Positions 58,707 to 64,000 of a stretch of 64,000 nt of DNA are shown here, in pieces. The position numbers and the translations under genes are program-made. The notes under the pieces were generated by a model. That model did not search any database and was not told where the DNA came from. It was given only the letters and a program-made list of their open reading frames with translations. The stretch covers positions 384,001 through 448,000 of the forward strand of contig CAVSLV010000002.1 of assembly GCA_963728915.1 (NCBI GenBank), written 5' to 3'. This stretch comes from an uncultured Gemmatimonadales bacterium. Lineage in GTDB: Bacteria; Gemmatimonadota; Gemmatimonadetes; Gemmatimonadales; GWC2-71-9. Positions within the stretch are counted from its first letter, which is position 1; each line of letters opens with the position of its first letter.

Positions 58707-59231
58707 ATGGAACGCGCCGTTCTGCCCGTCGCCCCCGAAACCAAGTATCAGATTCCCGCCGGTGCCGGTATTGGCCATGTGCATCTCAAGGTCAGCAACC
58801 TGGAGCGGTCGATCGAGTTCTACTGCGGGGTTCTGGGGTTCGAGCTGGTGGCGCGGTTCCGGAACAGCGCGGCGTTCGTTTCGGCGGGGGGCTACCACCA
58901 TCATATCGGGCTGAACACCTGGGAGAGTCTCGAAGGGAGTCCCGCGCCCAGGCACTACACCGGGTTGTACCACGTGGCGATCCGCTATCCCACCGTTCGG
59001 GATCTCGCGGTCGCGGTGCGGCGGGTTCTCGATGCGGAGATCCCGCTCCGGGGCGCGTCGGATCACGGTGTCAGCATCGCAGTGTACTTGAGCGATCCCG
59101 ATGGCATCGGGCTCGAGCTGACCTGGGATCGACCCCGGGAGGACTGGCCCCGGACGCCGAACGGCGAGATCGAGCTGTCGATGTCGGGGCCCTTCGACCT
59201 GGACGCGCTGCTGCGGGAAGCGCGCATGTGA
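58707..59231 (+). CDS. VOC family protein (catechol 2,3-dioxygenase-like)
   Basis: IGHVHLKV, GGYHHHIGLNTW and DHGVS..Y..DPDG..LEL. Confidence 0.9.
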   Translation: MERAVLPVAPETKYQIPAGAGIGHVHLKVSNLERSIEFYCGVLGFELVARFRNSAAFVSAGGYHHHIGLNTWESLEGSPAPRHYTGLYHVAIRYPTVRDLAVAVRRVLDAEIPLRGASDHGVSIAVYLSDPDGIGLELTWDRPREDWPRTPNGEIELSMSGPFDLDALLREARM

Positions 59232-59305
59232 GTCCTCCGCTCCTCAGGATCAGCCCGGCTCGTCAGGTTTTTTTCTACGTGAAGCACTCGGACCAGCTCT
59301 GAATC

Positions 59306-60094
59306 GTGGCGCAATCCGGATTCCACGACCTGTTTTCACGGGATTCGACGGCTTACGCCCGATTCCGTCCCCGCTACCCGCATGAGCTGTTCGCCTGGCT
59401 GGCCACACTCCCCGAGCGACGGCGGCTCGCCTGGGACTGCGCGACGGGAAGCGGCCAGGCGGCGGCATCGCTCACTCGGCACTTTGACCGGGTCGTCGGG
59501 ACGGATGCAAGTCCGGCGCAGCTCCGCGCCGCGACGAAGGTCCCGGGATTGGCTTATGTTGCCTGTCTCGCGGAGGAGACCGCGCTCGCTTCCCGGTCGG
59601 TGGACCTGATCACCATCGCCCAGGCGCTGCATTGGCTGGACTATCCGCGTTTCTTCCGCGAAATCGATCGAATCATTGCCCCGGGCGGCGTGCTCGCGGT
59701 GATCGGGTACGCCCGGCTCCGGGGCGACGCCGAGCTGGAGCGCGTCGTGTACGAATTCCAGGACGGCCTGCTGGGGGCCTACTGGACCCCGGAGCGTGCC
59801 GTGGTCGAAGCGGGTTATGCCGGGATCCCGGTCCCCATCGAAGAAGTCACCGCACCGGGGTTCGCCATCGAAGCCGAGCTGACCAGAGACCAGCTGCTCG
59901 GATACATCGGGACCTGGTCCGCGGTGGGGCGCTATCGCAAGATGCGGGGTGAGGATCCGATGCCAGTGGTGATCCAGCGGCTTTCGGAGGCGTGGGGCGA
60001 CCCCGATCGGGTCCGGCCGATCTCCTGGCCCCTGTTCATCCGGGCCGGGCGGTGGCAAGGGCCTCGGAATCAGCGGGTTAACCGGGATGGGTGA
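59306..60094 (+). CDS. Class I SAM-dependent methyltransferase
   Basis: YARFRP.YP, WDCATGSGQ and AQALHW. Confidence 0.9.
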   Translation: MAQSGFHDLFSRDSTAYARFRPRYPHELFAWLATLPERRRLAWDCATGSGQAAASLTRHFDRVVGTDASPAQLRAATKVPGLAYVACLAEETALASRSVDLITIAQALHWLDYPRFFREIDRIIAPGGVLAVIGYARLRGDAELERVVYEFQDGLLGAYWTPERAVVEAGYAGIPVPIEEVTAPGFAIEAELTRDQLLGYIGTWSAVGRYRKMRGEDPMPVVIQRLSEAWGDPDRVRPISWPLFIRAGRWQGPRNQRVNRDG

Positions 60095-60097
60095 TCC

Positions 60098-62077
60098 ATG
60101 TTTCTGCTGACCGCGGCGCTGTTGCTCCTCGCGCCGGACTCGACCCGCGGGCTCATGCCGGTCCCGGCCTCGGTTCACTGGGAATCGGGGCGGATGCGGC
60201 TCGACAGCATCGTAGGGGTCGGGGTGGAGGGGCAGACCGGCGATGGACGACTCAGCCGCGCGATTGGCCGCTTCATGCGGCGGGCGGAGCAGCAGACCGG
60301 CCTGATCGTACGCTACGGAGTGGGTGGCCTCGGGATCCGGGTGGCCAGCCCGGGCCAGGAGATCCAGTCCCCCACCGAGGACGAGAGCTACCGGCTCTCG
60401 ATCACCCCCCGGGGTGCGCTGCTCGAAGCCCCCACGACCGTCGGCGCGCTCCGGGGCCTCGAAACCCTGCTCCAGCTCATCGATGCCGACTCGGCGGGTT
60501 GGTACCTCCCCGCGGTGCGGATCGAGGACCAGCCGCGGTTTCCCTGGCGTGGCCTCCTTATCGACGTTTCCCGCCACTGGGAGCCGGCGGAGACCATCAA
60601 GCGCCAGCTCGATGGGATGGCGGTGGTCAAGCTCAACGTGTTGCACTGGCATCTGTCGGAAGACCAGGGCTTCAGGGTCGAGAGCAAGCGTTATCCTCTG
60701 CTCCAGGAAAAGGGTTCCGACGGGCTGTACTACACCCAGGATCAGATTCGCGAGATCGTTGCCTACGCGCGCGACCGCGGGATTCGAGTGGTTCCGGAGT
60801 TCGATGTTCCGGGCCATTCCACCTCCTGGTTCGTGGGATACCCCGAATACGCGAGCGCGCCCGGTCCCTACGCGATCGAGCGGCGCTTCGGGGTGTTCAA
60901 GCCGGCTTTCGATCCGACCCGGGAGGAGACCTACCGTTTTCTGGATGGATTCATCGGGGAAATGGCCGGGCTCTTCCCGGATCCCTACTGGCATATCGGC
61001 GGCGACGAAGTCGAAGGCTCCCAGTGGCGCGAGAATCCGCGGATTCGAGCCTTCATGCGGGAGCACAACCTGGCGGACAATGACGCGCTCCAGGCCTGGT
61101 TCAACCGGCGGCTCTCGGACATTCTGACTCGGCATGGCAAACGGATGGTGGGGTGGGACGAAATCTTCCATCCCGACCTTCCGACCACCACCGTGGTGCA
61201 GTCCTGGCGGGGCCAGGCTTCCCTGAGCCAGGGCGCCAAGCAGGGTTACTCCGGGATCCTGTCCGCGGGGTGGTACCTCGATCACATGGGGACCGCCGAG
61301 TATCACTACCTGGTGGATCCGGTGAGTGACGCGGCCAATCTCACCCCGGCGGAGGCGGAGCGGATCCTCGGGGGAGAGGCCTGCATGTGGGGGGAACACC
61401 TGTCCCCGGCCTCCATCGATTCGCGGATCTGGCCCCGCCTCGCCGCGATCGCCGAACGGCTCTGGTCTCCCCGGGACGTCCGTGACGTGGCGGACATGTA
61501 CCGCCGGCTCAACCTGATGCGGGAACGGCTCGAGCTTGCCGGGTTAGGCAGCGAAAGCCACATCGCCCGGATGGCCCGGCGGCTGGCCAATGGCCAGGAC
61601 CCTGCCGCCCTGGAGCGGCTGCTCCGCCTCACCGAGCCGGTGAGCTTCGGGGAACGCGCTTCGTTGCAGAAGCTCACCCAGGAGATCCCGCTGGTTTTCC
61701 CGGTGGATGCGGCCCGTCCCGATCCGCGATCGCAATGGTACTACCGCGAGCTGGTCACCGAGTTCCTGGCCAACCCCGGCAACGGCGCCGCGGCCCGGCT
61801 CGATTCCGCGTTCGCGGCCTGGCGGCGGCTTCCAGACGAGTTGTCCCTGCTCCTGCCCCGGGCGCCCCTGGTCCGCGATGCATTGCCGGCGGCGCGGGCC
61901 CTGGCCCGGGTCGCGATCATCGGATCGGAAGCCCTGGAGCGAGAGAATGGACCGGAGCGTCCGGAATGGGCCAGGCAACGGCTCGCCCAGCTCGATACCC
62001 TGTTCCGTCCCCAAGGCCTCCTCCGGGTCTCGGTCATTCCGGCGGTCCGGCTCCTGGTGCAGGGCGGCTCGCGGTGA
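60098..62077 (+). CDS. GH20 beta-N-acetylhexosaminidase, exported
   Basis: PRFPWRGLLIDVSRH, HWHLSEDQ, PEFDVPGH, HIGGDE, WYLD and EACMWGE. Confidence 0.95.
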   Translation: MFLLTAALLLLAPDSTRGLMPVPASVHWESGRMRLDSIVGVGVEGQTGDGRLSRAIGRFMRRAEQQTGLIVRYGVGGLGIRVASPGQEIQSPTEDESYRLSITPRGALLEAPTTVGALRGLETLLQLIDADSAGWYLPAVRIEDQPRFPWRGLLIDVSRHWEPAETIKRQLDGMAVVKLNVLHWHLSEDQGFRVESKRYPLLQEKGSDGLYYTQDQIREIVAYARDRGIRVVPEFDVPGHSTSWFVGYPEYASAPGPYAIERRFGVFKPAFDPTREETYRFLDGFIGEMAGLFPDPYWHIGGDEVEGSQWRENPRIRAFMREHNLADNDALQAWFNRRLSDILTRHGKRMVGWDEIFHPDLPTTTVVQSWRGQASLSQGAKQGYSGILSAGWYLDHMGTAEYHYLVDPVSDAANLTPAEAERILGGEACMWGEHLSPASIDSRIWPRLAAIAERLWSPRDVRDVADMYRRLNLMRERLELAGLGSESHIARMARRLANGQDPAALERLLRLTEPVSFGERASLQKLTQEIPLVFPVDAARPDPRSQWYYRELVTEFLANPGNGAAARLDSAFAAWRRLPDELSLLLPRAPLVRDALPAARALARVAIIGSEALERENGPERPEWARQRLAQLDTLFRPQGLLRVSVIPAVRLLVQGGSR

Positions 62078-62502
62078 CCCGTTACTTCGCCTACGGCGCC
62101 AACATGGACCCGGTGCACATGGCGAAGCAGTGTCCCGGCGCCAGACGCACCGGGCCGGCCCAGCTCCAGGACCATCGATTCGGCATTGCCGCGGGAGGGT
62201 TCGGGACCGCGGTTCCGGCGCCCGGTTCGACGGTGCGGGGCGTCCTCTGGATCCTAACCCGGGAGCACGAGGCGGCGCTCGACGTCTTCGAGGGCGTGGC
62301 CGACGCCTTCTACTACAAGAGCTCGCTGGAAGTCATTTCCCCGGAGGGCGAGCGAACCCCGGCCATGTTGTACCGCGCCTCGGATCCGCGCCCGGGCGTT
62401 CCCGCCCCGGGGTACCTCGAGCGGATCATCGAAGTGGCCGAATCGGAAGAATTCCCCCCGGCCTATCTCGCGGAGCTTCGCGCCCTTCTCGCCCCTCGCT
62501 AG
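62074..62502 (+). CDS. Gamma-glutamylcyclotransferase family protein
   Basis: YFAYGANM, V.GVLW and LDVFEG. Confidence 0.88.
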   Translation: MTRYFAYGANMDPVHMAKQCPGARRTGPAQLQDHRFGIAAGGFGTAVPAPGSTVRGVLWILTREHEAALDVFEGVADAFYYKSSLEVISPEGERTPAMLYRASDPRPGVPAPGYLERIIEVAESEEFPPAYLAELRALLAPR

Positions 62503-62511
62503 GTTTCATCG

Positions 62512-63132
62512 ATGCAGCGTCGCTGGTCGATTTTCGCACTCTTCTTTGTCGTCGCCAGACTCTCCGGTCAAACCGCTCCTCCAGCTTCGCCGGCCGATCC
62601 GCCGGGCCGGATCACCCGGATCGGTGTCGCGCGGGCCCAGGCCGTGGTGGATTCGGTATTCCTCGATCGGGTGATGCCCGAGGGGATCATCGAAGGGGGC
62701 GATTGGGTTTCCTACCTCATGGCCCGACTGGGGGTCGAGCCGATTCCCGAAAACACCGAAATCCGGGTGAAGGTCGACAGCACCCAGGTTGAGTTTTCCG
62801 GCCGGCTGCAGGACCTCCCGGCCGAAACCCGGGCCATGCTTGGCCCGCTTTCCGCCCTGGTAGATTCGAACACCGTGCTCACCGCGGAGATCGTCCAGCT
62901 CCCCGCCGCGAAAGGGGTCGCCCACTTTCAGCTCAAGCGGGTTCTGGTGGGAGGATTCCCGATTCCGGAAACGGTGATGCGATACATGCTGTTCGATGTG
63001 GGGGAGCGGTACCCCGCGCTCACCAAGAGTGGGCGGGACCTGTTCATCGAGATTCCCCCGGATGGCCGGGTCGGCCTCATTCCCGGCGCGATCCGGATTC
63101 GCATCGTCCCCACGGAGCCACCCAATCCATGA
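62512..63132 (+). CDS. Exported hypothetical protein
   Basis: Signal peptide, clean ORF, stop overlaps the next start. Confidence 0.75.
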   Translation: MQRRWSIFALFFVVARLSGQTAPPASPADPPGRITRIGVARAQAVVDSVFLDRVMPEGIIEGGDWVSYLMARLGVEPIPENTEIRVKVDSTQVEFSGRLQDLPAETRAMLGPLSALVDSNTVLTAEIVQLPAAKGVAHFQLKRVLVGGFPIPETVMRYMLFDVGERYPALTKSGRDLFIEIPPDGRVGLIPGAIRIRIVPTEPPNP

Positions 63133-63659
63133 ACGATTTGCGCTATCCGGTCGGGAAGTTCGTCGTCGCGGGGGAGATCGATCCCGAGCGCCGGGAGCAG
63201 TGGATCACCGAGATCAGCGAGGCGCCGGCCCGGATGCGGGCCGCGGTGCACGGGCTCACCGAGCAGCAGTTCGACACCCCCTACCGGGACGGCGGGTGGA
63301 CGGTCCGGCAGGTGGTGCACCATGTGCCCGACAGCCACTTGAACGCGTACATCCGCTTCAAGCTCGCCCTCACCGAGGACAATCCCACCATCAAACCCTA
63401 CGAGGAAGCGCGCTGGGCCGAGCTGATCGACACCCGCAATACCACGATCGGCGTCTCGCTCATGATGCTCGATGCGCTGCATCGCCGGTGGGCGGTTTTG
63501 ATGCGGGGCATGGAGGAAGACGACTGGAGCCGGACCTTCTTCCATCCTGAGCAACAGAAGGCCTTGCGTCTGGATCGGACTCTCGCGATGTACGCCTGGC
63601 ACGGTCGGCACCATGTGGCGCACATCACGTCGCTGCGCGAGCGAGAGGGCTGGCGCTAG
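63129..63659 (+). CDS. YfiT/BstA-like thiol S-transferase (DinB superfamily)
   Basis: LRYPVG, TPYRDGGWTVRQVVHHVPDSH and YAWHGRHH. Confidence 0.92.
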   Translation: MNDLRYPVGKFVVAGEIDPERREQWITEISEAPARMRAAVHGLTEQQFDTPYRDGGWTVRQVVHHVPDSHLNAYIRFKLALTEDNPTIKPYEEARWAELIDTRNTTIGVSLMMLDALHRRWAVLMRGMEEDDWSRTFFHPEQQKALRLDRTLAMYAWHGRHHVAHITSLREREGWR

Positions 63660-63926
63660 CTCTTCCGGCGCCCGGCTTGCCGGGTGTCAACTTCTCGACT
63701 CTCCCTGACCTTCCCTCCCGCAACCCGTTTCCCCGCCGAGGGAAAGGTGTTGTGCCTCGCCAGGTGGCCAGCTCGTCTCCTTATCCAAGCATATCATTAT
63801 CGGACAGCTGCGAGAGCGTGCACTCATGGCTATGATCGGCTAAGTGGTGTTTGGATCAGGAATTGCACCATCTATTAATGATTGCAGTTTGTGCGTTCAA
63901 GGCGTTCAAAATCAGAACGGTGTCAC

Positions 63927-64000
63927 ATGGGGCAATTGCTGGTCAACAACCCTCCATCCAACGACGGCGAAGCGCTGCGCCGCGAGCTCGATCGCACCGC
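63927..64000 (+). CDS. Possible start of a gene running off the window
   Basis: ATG after an AT-rich intergenic region; open to the window end. Confidence 0.3.
   Translation, partial: MGQLLVNNPPSNDGEALRRELDRT

Noticed and set aside
59270..59287. TTCTACGTGAAGCA as an additional parS
   Set aside because: Too many mismatches and isolated; overlaps a probable terminator U-tract

Overview
High-GC bacterial chromosome segment containing the replication origin. Gene content and protein style suggest Gemmatimonadota or another FCB-group lineage (inference, not a search result). Left to right: mnmE (partial)-yidC-yidD-rnpA-rpmH, divergent from dnaA-oriC-dnaN; then mtgA, the RNase P RNA gene (rnpB), an AraC-type regulator, pyrE, a Ser/Thr kinase, a GWxTD lipoprotein, polA, an MMPL/metalloprotease/serine-hydrolase cluster, an ECF sigma/anti-sigma/two HEAT-repeat operon, rnd, ferredoxin, def, sufBCDSU-brxA, an ABC-2 exporter and an Omp85 protein with a kinase-like N-terminus. 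Next come mnmG-parS-parA-parB-M23-bactofilin, a BMP-type ABC importer and a long run of stress, detoxification and hydrolase genes. No mobile element, CRISPR array, rRNA or tRNA was seen. The most striking unexplained signals are: (i) a family of AT-rich TAGTAGT-Nx-ACTACTA palindromes resembling the DnaA-trio repeats of oriC, scattered over about 20 kb next to the origin; (ii) dense D-(S/T)-hydrophobic motifs in exported proteins, suggesting Bacteroidota-like O-glycosylation; (iii) repeated TANNNT-N6-start (leaderless) gene starts and CTG starts overlapping upstream stop codons; (iv) a DRH-motif kinase-like domain fused to an Omp85 barrel. dnaN and mtgA each carry a single frameshift, probably sequence errors.
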